A DNA stretch of 55,326 bases, filler included, from Platydemus manokwari (Eukaryota), in NCBI GenBank assembly GCA_037951405.1. It is 5 parts of 5 records of this genome, joined end to end, with 100 filler letters (N's around TTAATTAATTAA, not from the genome) between each part and the next. Parts side by side here need not be neighbours in the genome. Positions count along the whole stretch, not along the records: positions 8,856 to 17,662 come from JBBMOY011346871.1; positions 17,763 to 28,618 come from JBBMOY011100443.1; 3 more parts are not named here. One strand, given 5' to 3'. Positions 12,921-24,300 of the stretch are shown piece by piece. Positions within the stretch are counted from its first letter, which is position 1, and every line of letters begins with the position of its first letter. The notes beneath the pieces are model-generated. The model worked only from the letters and a program-made list of their open reading frames with translations, had not been told where the DNA came from and searched no databases. A program made the position numbers and the translations under genes.

Positions 12921-14328
12921 TATGAAATTACCACGGCAATGTGTATGAGGCCCTGAAAGTTTTGAAGACATATTAATATCATGTTTCATATTGTGGATTT
13001 CAAGCCAACAATTAATTAATTTAATATTTATTTTATGTATGCATGCGCCCCAACGGGCTTATATTTAACAGTGATAACAATAAAAACATGAAATACCATT
13101 TACAGATTTTTCAGTAATAAGAATAGAAGACGAAAATAAATACAGATCTGTTTGCAATGCATTCCATAATAATATTCTTTCTGAGCCAAATTCAAGTAAA
13201 TCAGAACTGGTTACTGTAAATGAAAGCTCCAACAGAAGTGATAAAGACACTGGATGGATGAATGTGAAATATAATTGGATCAAATAATTTTATTTTCGAT
13301 TATAACCATATAAGGGACACATTGAAAATTATATATTTATATAATTATAATCATCATTTTGAATAGAGAAATGTAAGAGTCATTGTGATAATCATAAAAT
13401 AATAAGATCTTTATAAACTTATTTTGCTCAGTCGAATTTAACATTGAAAGAGTTATGCATGTTTTTAGTCTTTAGCAATTCCAATAAATACTTCGCCGAT
13501 AAACCCATTTCTTAGCCTTTACCATCTATCAGTATTGAATTTAATAGTTCATTTTCCACCAGGCTCTGTATTCATTTGTCGTGAATGTCTTTTAATTTCG
13601 TCTCTGCATTTCTGACACAACAATAAAAGAAATATAAAATTATGAACAAGGCATGCTTTGTCAAAATGAAACATATTTTTAGTTACTTCGCATCATTTTA
13701 CATTTATTTAAAATTATGTGTCGAGTTTCTCTTTGATGTTCGATATTTTATTATCAATAGTTTTCAATGAACACTATTGTAATTCTTCTGGAGCAAGAAA
13801 ACATCAGCTGAAAAATTGACTGAAGTAACTAGGCGTTTAATCATTTAATGAAGAAGATACTTTTAAACATTGTATAGCATTACGTTAGGCACTTGGTGAT
13901 CCGGAAATCATTGATTGGCATGATAAAATCTTTGTTCGACTTTTGAATTCCTCTGGTCAAGTATTTATTATAAAATATATCGTATAGAGTATTCTTCAAA
14001 AATAATTCTTTATATGACTCAAAGAATATGATTATTGTCCATGGAAATTATGGATTTTTATGTGAGGTGTTTGCTTAGCGTATCTATGACAATAATGAAG
14101 AGCCAATAGAAATCGTAAATATTTTTTTCACGATTTTCAAACAAGGTCTTCAAGAATATTACCATTAATTTCCAAAATTGATTTTATTTCATTCGTAGAA
14201 TGTGCTAACCAAGTTGATCAATACAAATCAATCATATTCCCATAGTTTTCTAAGGGAAATAATGAGCGGAAACAATTATCCTAACCCATCGATAATAAGA
14301 AAATTGCTATTGATTTTTCATTCCTGCC

Positions 14329-15780
14329 ATGTTAGCGAATTGTTGGAATATCTTTGCAACTATATTTACCAGTATTTCGAATTTTTTTGAGCAATCCAAA
14401 TTTAAAGTATGTTTTATTGCTGCAATATGGGGATTTCTGACGGGATTGGAGCGAGCTGTAATAATCCCAACACTATGGCTTTATTTTTCCAAAGTGTTCA
14501 GCCCATCAACAGCCAAAGATTACTATGGTTGGACATTGGCTTCGTTTAATTTTGCCATTTTACTCTCTGATCCTCTGTTCGGTTATTTGGCATATATGGG
14601 AGTTCGTGTGAAGACTTTGTTGGTGATATCAAATCAACTGGGAATTATTGGGAACATTGTTTATTTTATAGCATCACATCCGTGGATGGTTTTATTCGGA
14701 CGATTTCTGGCTGGAGCTGGAGCTGGATGTGAAGTACCTCTGTATGCTGACATTGTTCGAGTAACATCGATAGAAGAAAGAACACCATACATAGTGACAC
14801 TTCTTTTATTTCGGCAGTTTGGTCTGATTATTGGACCAGCTTGCACACTGCTGATGAGGGATATTAAACTGAAAATTGGTCAAGTTAATATTGATATCTA
14901 CAATGGTCCTGGACTGTTATTAGCAGCTCTTTGGGCATGCCATACAATTCTGGTTTTCGTCGTCTATCCAAGACTGAAAATAGAAAAACAAAAGGTCAAT
15001 AAACTTGAAACTACACCATTATTAACCCAATCATCAGGGAATATTGGAGCTGAGCATCGAATTAGTTATTGTAGTGACATAATAGATGCCCAGCTAACCA
15101 AAAATTCCGAAGAGTTATCCAGTCCAACTACGTTAAAAAGGATTTCGAATTTTTTCAACCCTTTAAACTACAGAGATTATTTTAAATACTCTATTCTCGC
15201 TAATCTTGTCATTATATTCAGTAGTTATTTTAGTTTAATGGGTCTTGAATGTGTATTGCCGCCAATGGCTGAACGATATTTTCAATGGACAGAAATCGAA
15301 ACAAGTTGGGTTTACCTAGGATGTGGAGTGTCAGTTATTCTGGTGTATGTAATTCTAAGATTAATATCTTGTCGAGGTGCTGAAGACAGAACACTTCTTT
15401 TAGCAGGATTAATACTATTGGCAATTTCATATTTGTGGCTGAGTATTTGCCTCAGTATTATTAACAGAAAACAACCAAATCTCTTCATAGGTTTGATCAT
15501 CATTGGTATTGGATTCCATGTGTTAGGTCAGCCATTTTGTATTTCAATATCAGAATCGCTTTATACAAAGCAGGTTGTACTCAGTGACCAAGATCGAGCC
15601 CAATCGATTTTACGAATGGTGATAAATATCGCGTTGTTAATCGGCCCATTTGTAGGAGGATCAATGGAAGAAAATGCAAACATAGTTTTCATACTGTTAT
15701 TGATATCCATTGCAGTATCTCTTGCTTTGTTAGTATTTAAATTTGGTAGTTTTTCCACCGAAAATATTTCAGGAGAATAA
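14329..15780 (+). CDS. Major facilitator superfamily transporter, MFSD8/CLN7-like (483 aa, single coding exon)
   Basis: Long uninterrupted ORF with two bundles of hydrophobic helices separated by a polar loop. MFS motifs FGRFLAGAGAG and QFGLIIGP, a C-terminal ALLIGPFVGG, and an N-terminal GLERAVIIPTLWLY resembling MFSD8-like proteins. Start context GCCATG. Orthology not tested. Confidence 0.9.
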   Translation: MLANCWNIFATIFTSISNFFEQSKFKVCFIAAIWGFLTGLERAVIIPTLWLYFSKVFSPSTAKDYYGWTLASFNFAILLSDPLFGYLAYMGVRVKTLLVISNQLGIIGNIVYFIASHPWMVLFGRFLAGAGAGCEVPLYADIVRVTSIEERTPYIVTLLLFRQFGLIIGPACTLLMRDIKLKIGQVNIDIYNGPGLLLAALWACHTILVFVVYPRLKIEKQKVNKLETTPLLTQSSGNIGAEHRISYCSDIIDAQLTKNSEELSSPTTLKRISNFFNPLNYRDYFKYSILANLVIIFSSYFSLMGLECVLPPMAERYFQWTEIETSWVYLGCGVSVILVYVILRLISCRGAEDRTLLLAGLILLAISYLWLSICLSIINRKQPNLFIGLIIIGIGFHVLGQPFCISISESLYTKQVVLSDQDRAQSILRMVINIALLIGPFVGGSMEENANIVFILLLISIAVSLALLVFKFGSFSTENISGE

Positions 15781-15894
15781 AGAACAGCTATTGTCTATCG
15801 ACTTAGTTTTCTAGTATCTTTTCTATTAATAATATCAACTTTTCCCCCTGCTTATTGAGTTGAATTGAACTTTTTCGTGACAGATTTGATTTTG

Positions 15895-15900
15895 AATAAA
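15895..15900 (+). terminator. Candidate polyadenylation signal of the MFS gene
   Basis: AATAAA 115 nt after the stop codon; another overlaps the stop. The motif is common in AT-rich DNA. Confidence 0.45.
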
Positions 15901-16151
15901 TTTACTTATCTCCGATGGTATTTTTAGTAAATCACAAAAAACTAAAAAATTGGTCTTTAATATAAAAACTAAAAAAACATAATTTTAATTTTTCGGATTA
16001 TAAAATTAAAAATTAAAAATAATTTTAAATCAGGGTGATTAATTACTTTGAAAATAATATTTTAATTTAAGTTAAAGATCGAATAAAAAACAGTTCATGA
16101 TCAAAGTCAAACAGAAAACATGCTTGTTTTAACATTTCTGATAATAGTAAT

Positions 16152-16598
16152 TGTAAGAATATTAAATTGAATTTAATTGTCAAGGATTTAAAATGTGGTT
16201 TTTAAAATAGTAGCGGCTTACATGGCAACCACTCATATGGATTCGATACTAAGGATACCAATGATTGAAAATTAAGGAAAAGAAGGAGAAAGATGTTGAG
16301 ACTATATAGAATATATAAAGAAGATGTAGAGAAGATATACAAAGATAGAATAATTAGAGATTTTTAAGTAAGAAAATATTAAGCGTATTCGATACAATGT
16401 CAATTAAGAATACAAAGAAAATCAAAGATATTAAAGAAAGGGGCTTACGAGAATATTAAATTGGATTTAATTTTATATTAAGTTTAATCGGGTATAAAAT
16501 TATATATATTTACTTAAATAATTGTATTTAAATAGAATTGAGGGCTTGTCTTTTCCGTTCGTTATAAGGCGTGGTTTTTAAAACAGTAGCACCTTATA
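16152..16598 (+). mobile_element. TRIM-like miniature LTR retroelement (LTR-PBS-internal-PPT-LTR)
   Basis: 5' LTR 16152-16222 (TGTAAGAATATTAAATTG...GTGGTTTTTAAAATAGTAGCGGCTTACA). PBS-like TGGCAACCAC directly after it at 16223. Purine tract AAAGAAAGGGG at 16433-16443. 3' LTR about 16446-16598 (TACGAGAATATTAAATTG...GTGGTTTTTAAAACAGTAGCACCTTATA). No coding capacity and no clean TSD. Confidence 0.7.
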
Positions 16599-16659
16599 AT
16601 ATCAATAATAATGATAATAAAAATCTAATGATAGTAATATAATAATAATAATTTAAAGG

Positions 16660-17000
16660 GGTTCAAGTTAAGAAAAGGGGTCCATCGATCTACTTTTTAA
16701 TGATTAATTTCGCGCGAGACTTAATAATTTAATTTTATATATAATCGCGATGCTTGATTCATTCGTATAATTCAGTTGATATCTCACTTTTCAGGATGTC
16801 TAACATTGACAAAATTTAATTTTAAAACAAAGTTCCCATTCTGACCATCAGACTTCTATATGATTATTTGAGATTTTAAAGTTAATTTTTTTAATTTTGT
16901 AAGCTGCTACTATTTTAAAAATCATAAACTATATAGATTTTTGCAATACACTCAACAAATTTAAAATTTTGTTTCCGAAGAACTTTTCTTAACGTCAGCT
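16660..17000 (-). mobile_element. Non-autonomous Merlin-family element, copy B (internally deleted)
   Basis: TIR-like ends GGTTCAAGTTAAGAAAAGGGGTCC and CTTTTCTTAACGTCAGCT. Internal blocks are reverse complements of copies A and D (e.g. CTATATAGATTTTTGCAATACACTCAACAAAT). Confidence 0.75.
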
Positions 17001-17611
17001 GTGAAAAGTGTTATAAAACTCAGTTGATGTCATTAATTGGTCTCGAACTTTTACGTAAAAAATTGTTTGATTAATCCATAATTATATTTCGAAAACTTAT
17101 TTTATATTATTATGAAATTATCTTATTCTCATTGAATCAGCATTATATTAATTATCAGTAAGGAAATCATGACTGGCAATAAGATGAGCCAAATCTGTTT
17201 AAATGATTCCATCATTTAAAATTCATTAAACACTTTCGATATATTCAAACAAATCAAAGTCATCTATAAACTCAAATATAAATACCATATAACTAGATAA
17301 TATCAGTGTTTCTAACATCGAAATAGACAAATGCTAATCGAGGTGATTGAGTGTACGTGAATGAGTGTGTGCTTATTATGTCGATTAGCTATTTGATTTA
17401 AATATAATCGGCCTTTTCCAGTGACAAATGAATATTGATTTGACTTCATTGCGAAATTTTTGTCCACTCAAAACATACAGATAGAAGTTCACAGCATTGT
17501 TAATGTACCTTAAATAAGCAATGATTTACAAGGTGAAAATAATATATAAATAATTTTTTTTAATTTTTTGTACTTTCTTTATATATTAAACCGAATTTAT
17601 GTATATAATTA

Positions 17612-17614
<3 letters not shown>

Positions 17615-17643
<29 letters not shown>

Positions 17644-17662
17644 GTTATTATTATTATTATTA
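17615..17662. repeat. (ATT)n microsatellite at a contig end
   Basis: Near-perfect ATT run abutting the gap. Confidence 0.9.
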
Positions 17663-17762
17663 NNNNNNNNNNNNNNNNNNNNNNNNNNNNNNNNNNNNNN
17701 NNNNNNTTAATTAATTAANNNNNNNNNNNNNNNNNNNNNNNNNNNNNNNNNNNNNNNNNNNN
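17663..17762. other. Assembly gap spacer (artificial)
   Basis: 44 N + TTAATTAATTAA + 44 N. Confidence 0.97.
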
Positions 17763-18079
17763 TATTGTAAAATCTTTAATATATTAACGTGTAATCCTTT
17801 CGAGTACGTAGCTATTTATATTAAGAGTTTATATTGGCTATCAGTCAACCATAAATACAACTGAATCTTTTACTAGATAAAAAAATATCTGAATACGTAT
17901 GGTGACCTTAATAATTATATTTTGCTTGTATGATATTTCAACAGCGAGTTGCAGATATCGATAGTGAACTGTTGCAATTCGATAATATATATAAATGAAA
18001 TTAATTGATTGAAGTGTGCGCGGCAATCGTGATCCAAAATTTATATTTCTGATTGACGTATGTCATTTGAGGGAGTTAA

Positions 18080-19065
18080 AATCTTTATCCAATAATCCAG
18101 ACCAGATATTTTCTCTTGGATGATATTATATATATGATTTCATTTCTCTCGGTTTAATCGAGCTGTGCATTCAACATCGACAATGAAATAAATAGCTTTT
18201 TATAAGCATTGAAAACAGAAAATCCATTTCAAATATTAAGAGGCGCCTAAACTCCAAACCTATTACAGTTTTACCTCAATCAATACGTCTCGTTATGAAA
18301 CATTTGATTAATTATTGATGGAAACATCATTAATTGTTTTGATGGATTTCGAAATATGCTGCGTTGAAACTTTTTTGGTAGAGAAATTTATCTTTTATCA
18401 TTAATTTTTTATTTTTTTAACTCTTATCTCAATATTTTCATTTAAACATAATCTTTACATCTCATATTTTCAATCCAATCGAAACATTGAAACCATTATT
18501 TTGTCACCTTTTTTCATCAACGAGATCAATACCTTAAATGAATTAGGTTTTACTGGGGACAATGCATATGTGGAATTTATATTGAATCACTGGATTTCAC
18601 AATAGATCTACGGATGGATCAATGTCGCATTAGTTATTAGTTTACTGATGGTTTACTGGTTTCAACACTAGAACAGCTTTCACGACAAATGAATCACAGT
18701 GCCAGGAAACTGTACAATGAAACATGATATTTGTCAGAGATGAAAGTCAAAAGATTGCGATCACGAAATAGTTCCTGCTGCTATGAAGCAGATCATTTTA
18801 AATCTCAGCGATTATCATTCAGTATTTATAATTTTAATTATTTTATTTATAATTATAGTTATAAAATGTATAATAATATTGTAATCATTATTTTGTTTTG
18901 AATTTGTTAGTAGCAGCTACTTCGCTTGTTAATGATGTTTCAACAGAAGAACTCATTTTCTTAAAATTATTTAATTCCAAACACTTAATACAATTTTTTA
19001 AACAAATTATAATTCCGGAAAGTTTTGATATCTATCTTAATCAGGTTTATATAAAACAATATTAA
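18080..19065 (+). pseudogene. Decayed coding region plus conserved 3' tail of an unclassified multi-copy family
   Basis: Stop-poor frames (…INTLNELGFTGDNAYVEFILNHW…, …FTDGLLVSTLEQLSRQM…). They are followed by a tail (AGCTACTTCGCTTG…TTTAAACAAATT…TCTTAATCAGGT) also seen at about 35490-35650 and more weakly at about 5750-5920. Confidence 0.4.
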
Positions 19066-20143
19066 GATAACTTTTTAATTTATTATATTATTTAAAATTT
19101 CAAAACAATCTTTAAAATCATTAACTTATTTTAAATTATTTTGAAATTTCAAAATTATTATTATTTAATTAAAATTAATGCTCACAGAATTAATGATAAC
19201 ACCAGACACTATAGTTGTATTGTTGGGTACCGAAATGTCCTAAAATAATAATATAAAATAAAATGCTTAAAAGCCTATAGAATTATTTGTTAAAACACGC
19301 CCAATAAGTTTGTAAATCTATCTGCATTGATTTTGCTAGCGCTACAAAACTATTGAGTTTACTCAGTCCACAGTTAAATTGTGAAAATCAATCATAATTG
19401 ATCGCTTTAAACGACTGTCATTAGCGAAGAAATTTCCTGTGAAAACTATTCGATTTTCTGAAGCAGTAGAAAATACAAGCAAATACAACAATGGCAAATC
19501 TTACCATAGGAACTATATATAAAGTAGTCACTATTTTGAAAGGAAAATTTTTTATTTCTGTGCAAAGTTCGAAAGTGATATTAATATTTTATTGGGCTAA
19601 CAATTTTATTATGCAGTTATTCCGTTTAAACATTCTCACCATTGTACTCCAAAGTGTCTTGAGCCTCGCCCAATCAGTCTAAAATAAAAAGTTTAAATTC
19701 TAATTAACCTGTCAAGTTCTTATCTGTGTAGTTGCTGGACAATTATCTCTTAGCTATCTTAAATTCTTAACAAAGGACCTTGCAGCTCTCCTCACAAGGA
19801 TCTAATAAACTTAAAAGACATAACATTAGAGATTAATTTTTTGGGTTCTGGTCCAACTAGTTACTTAAAAACAATTAATTTACATTGAAAAATATGTGCA
19901 TGACAGTACATATATAATGTGCACTAATTTTTACTGTATTAACTTTTATTTAATCAATGTGTTTTTTTATAACTTTCGCTTTCTTGAGCATATACCTGTT
20001 CAAAATATTTATATTTATAATAATTATTATTTATTTATACGTGAAATAATAATACCAATAAAATCACCAGCATCAAGTCCGTCAAAATTCCCAGAAATTA
20101 TAAATTAATTTAGAAAATATCAATACGTAATGAGATATCGCGT

Positions 20144-20412
20144 ATTAACAGCGAAAAATAAATTATCATCTGTTTCTGCGCATGAAAATTCTATAGCAGA
20201 ATAAAATATATCACACGATTAAATTTAATCGAGAGATATTTTCTCTGCCTAATAAATTTATTCAGAGAGAATTTCTCTCACCAGTGAATAAATTCACTGG
20301 CATTAAATTTAATCGCAGACAATATCTGCTAGTTATTCACTGACAGTGATTTCAATCAACATTCACACTCGATTAGACACAAATTTTTTGGACATAATTT
20401 TTCGCTGTTAAT
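20144..20412. mobile_element. Small TIR element with an internal array of short palindromes (possibly non-autonomous EnSpm/CACTA-like)
   Basis: Perfect 16-bp inverted ends ATTAACAGCGAAAAAT / ATTTTTCGCTGTTAAT, with about 8 adjacent internal palindromes between 20216 and 20349. Confidence 0.6.
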
Positions 20413-23400
20413 TGCCGTTACTATCACTGCCTGACATTGCATCAATTGGAGAAGAACCTTCGTTTAATTTCTACGCACTCAAGAAGATCGCCTAGTGCAG
20501 AAGATCAATTGTTCCTGTTATGCCCGGCATTTGCTGGAAGACCCAAAGTAAGACCATACCTATATATTACTATATACTATTACGCGCTATCATTGTATTA
20601 TAGAGCTGTGCTCAAACCATCTTGAGGTAAAGGTTCTGCTTCTCTAGTTGAAGTACGCAACCGTATTCTTCCTGAAATTGTAGTTGTAGCCGTCTAAATC
20701 ATTTTTATTAGTTGTATATTGTAGCACTAACTAACACATTTATTAAGTGTATATTTGTAATTGTTGTTATACTATTAACAAACGTTACTGTAAACGTGAA
20801 GCATTGCGTTGTAGATTCAAAAGGATAAATTCATTTAAATTTAAAAGTTGCTTGCGAATAAAATATATTTGAGACTGATAGACATAATAACTGGATCATT
20901 GCTGCCTATCATACTATCCCAACATAGTATTGATAGCGAGGTGAAGAAAGTAGACTATAAGTTAAGGTTTAATTTGTGTATCTTAAGGGGTTGGTCAGAG
21001 CTCTGATAGTATAGAAATAAACACTGCAACCCCAAACACGAACAAATAAATTACCAACAAATATATAAATAAAAGCCATATGTTGCTCTAATGAAAAATG
21101 ATGAATACTTTTTAACAATATGTAATTAAATTTACAACAATTAATATTACAATCGATATAAACAACAAAATAAAGCTATAATTAATTATTATTTGAAACA
21201 ATAACCGGACTTCACTTGAGTTATATAGAAATATATTGTTCTTATAGAATTAAATTTTAGTCTCTTGTGCTTTCGTAGCAAGAGCCTTTTTCTCGAGTAA
21301 CTTACAGAGAATTGGGGCTATAAGTGCCAGCAATCCCTCTGATTGAGGTAATTTTAATCATTCAGTTTAAATGTATTTAATAGAATGGTTGGACAATATC
21401 CAATCCATTTAAATTCATTAAGAAAAGTCAATTTTAACAAAATAAAATTATTCGAATAAATTTAGATTAATATAAATGAATATAGGTGATGTTGAACAAC
21501 GATATTCGCAATAATTTCGTTTATCGCAATTATTCTTAATCGATTGATTTTTCATCTCATAGGATTTCATCTTAGAATAATAATCGTACGATTGAGTAGG
21601 TGTTTGTTTAGAATAATTCTATATTGTCTTGTCTGAAATTTCTGTGATTGTCATGGAGTAAAACAGTATTTTCAAATAAATAAAAATCATGAAATTTCAG
21701 ATGGATAAAAGCAGTAAAGCAAAATCGCCAGTTAGTAAGTCTTAAAAATATATTTAATTTCAAACAATACAATAACATTTCAGAAACAATTATGAATAAT
21801 TAAATAGTAACTCATATTATAGCTCTTTAGTGCTTAAAATAATATTTTTAAGTTACTTTTTTAAAAAAATGCGAATATGTTGAGATGAATTATAACATTA
21901 TGTGAGTTTGAAAATGTTCGATAGGTTTCAGATGCATTATATGTAAATGGATTATATAAGTGTGCATTATATAAATATATAAACCTGACTTCATATGGAT
22001 ACAAATATTCTTGTCTTATATTAACCAGAAATAGTAATTATAAAATTTATATGATAGATAGATAAAAATAAAGATAAAATAAATGACTGAAATAAACCTG
22101 CAAAATTTAAAAAATGAAAGAAATTATTAATAAAAACAAAAATATAGATATTTAGCCATTAGTTATATTTGATTCGCAACATAAGTGAGTCAAAGTTAGA
22201 ACAACCACACAGAATCAAATGTTTTTGGATAATTAACACAATCAAGACCTCTGTGATCAATCAGAGTTGTATAGAAAGCTTTCTGCAGCACAATTTACAT
22301 GTTACCGTGAGCTTCCAGTCGAACACAATGACGATGATTGATTAGAGTCTATTGATCTCAATTATGATTATCTCATGGACATTTTGCATATGAATGGTCT
22401 GAAAAATGAATTATACAGAGTTTCGCTTTACTTGAAGCTAATCGCCAAATCAACTGCATTTTATAACAAGAATATTCTCCTGAGCACAAGAATCAATTGA
22501 AAACTAGGAGATTTCAGATGTTAATTTATGTTACGAGAAAAGATATCCAGAAGGAAAGTAAACAGACTAGGTCCAACATGAAAAGTCCTTTAAAACTAAT
22601 TCCAATTCTAAAATCAGATCAAAATAGCATTTACATTAGTCGACTACGTTAATAATACCTAACTCATCAAAAAGACGATGCGTATGGAGATGAACACAAC
22701 ATCTTTTATTCGTCAATCCATTACTTGTGCCACACAGACGAATTCAACGAAAAATTAGAAAATCAATCATTTCATACTTTAATGGTGACTTGAAAACCAC
22801 CAAATAAATGATTGGTAAGAAAATACCTAAATTTATGTAGGCTTACTGAGTGCTATCTTATAATGCAATATCCCGTAGAAAAATAAAAATATAAACAAAT
22901 TCTTTAAATATTTAACAACAAAGAAAAATAAATAAACGCCATATCAATTTTCTCTATACCTAATTTTGCATTTAGACAATGAACGTACATCCTTTCGTTG
23001 GTAAATTATACAATTCCTACTATCATTTTTCCGGAAAATTAAAGGTCTTATTGATCGGTTGAATAACAAGTAACATTAAAGTAAAATTCCGTCGATTACT
23101 TCTTCATTAGTGGTTAAAAAATTTCAAAATATATCCACTTAGTATTTGTGAATACACAAATATATTTACTCGCTTCAACTTTATTTCATTGCCCACCTCA
23201 TAACGAAGCAATAATATCATCAATCTATCTCTGGCAACTCGTTGACAATTCATTAGTAACTTATTGAAACGAAAACAATTATAGAGATTTATCTACAGAT
23301 AGTTGCATCCGTTGGTTAATGGTGGCACTCCTGTGATTTTATACATTTTGAGTTAAATGATTTCGGTGCCATATTAGCGCAGAAAATAATATAAATCATA

Positions 23401-24089
23401 ATATCTATTGTTTGATTTTGCCTGGTGAATGATTTTCATTTTTATATTCAATAATAATAATAATAGTAATGAGATCTGGTCTCAATGATTGGTTTTCCAG
23501 TCTAAACGGAAACTGTTTCCAAGTCGAATGAATTATTTTAATCACCGTCCGGCAGAAATAAGAAACAAACTTATTATTTTAATCAATATGAATATAATAT
23601 ATTTATTGATAGTTTTATGAAACTTCAATACGAATTTTTGACAACTTTTGGGTTACTTATTTCAAAGGTTAAACATATCATTTATTTCACGTTTAAGTAT
23701 CATTATAAAATATTTATTTTAGCTATTTTAATGCGTTGATTAATTAGAGTATTAATTAGATTAATTATTGAAGAAAAGTGCTTCGATAGCATAAGAACGT
23801 TATACTGAATTGTTTTAGTGGTCTAAGATAATTCTTTGATAATTAATAAGAAAACAGTATTGATGTATTCCAACAAAATTATCCTGTCAATTTTCTTTCC
23901 AGAAATTTAGAGTAAAATGATATTGAGTAGCTTTAAATTTGTTCAAAGATGAATAAAATTTTTAGTACTAGTTTTGCTATCTGTTGTTATCAGTCTTACT
24001 GTTATTGATTAAATTAAAATGGTGAGCATGTAATTATAGATTTTTAGAAAAATCTTCAGTGTAGGGAATATCTTAAGAGTGAAAGAATC

Positions 24090-24300
24090 TTACAAAAATG
24101 GCAACTGCTTGTATCTTGGAACAATTATTTTTTACATGCACACCATGTAACCATACACCAATACTCAAACATATTCAATGACCAATCAGAATCACGATTA
24201 AAAGAGAAAATCTATTTCAGTTAAACACACACTTGTAAAAGAGGACATATACTGATTAATCATCGTCTTCAAAAATAACAAAGTCAGTAATTTTAGAAAC
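24090..24300 (+). mobile_element. Possible Gypsy integrase Zn-binding domain remnant
   Basis: KWQLLVS…LHAHH…H…SRLKEKIYF resembles the QL.VP…H…H…T..RL…YYW pattern; heavily decayed. Confidence 0.3.

Noticed and set aside
14661-15758. Three antisense ORFs inside the MFS gene, and similar ones inside the TRAF and SH2 exons
   Set aside because: These are shadow frames of real coding sequence with no independent protein features.
20216-20349. CRISPR-like reading of the palindrome array
   Set aside because: No constant direct repeat with unique spacers, no cas genes, and the context is eukaryotic.
20406-20924. Possible solo LTR (TGTT…AATAAA…AACA)
   Set aside because: No TSD, PBS or second copy in the window, and the start overlaps the TIR of the neighbouring element.
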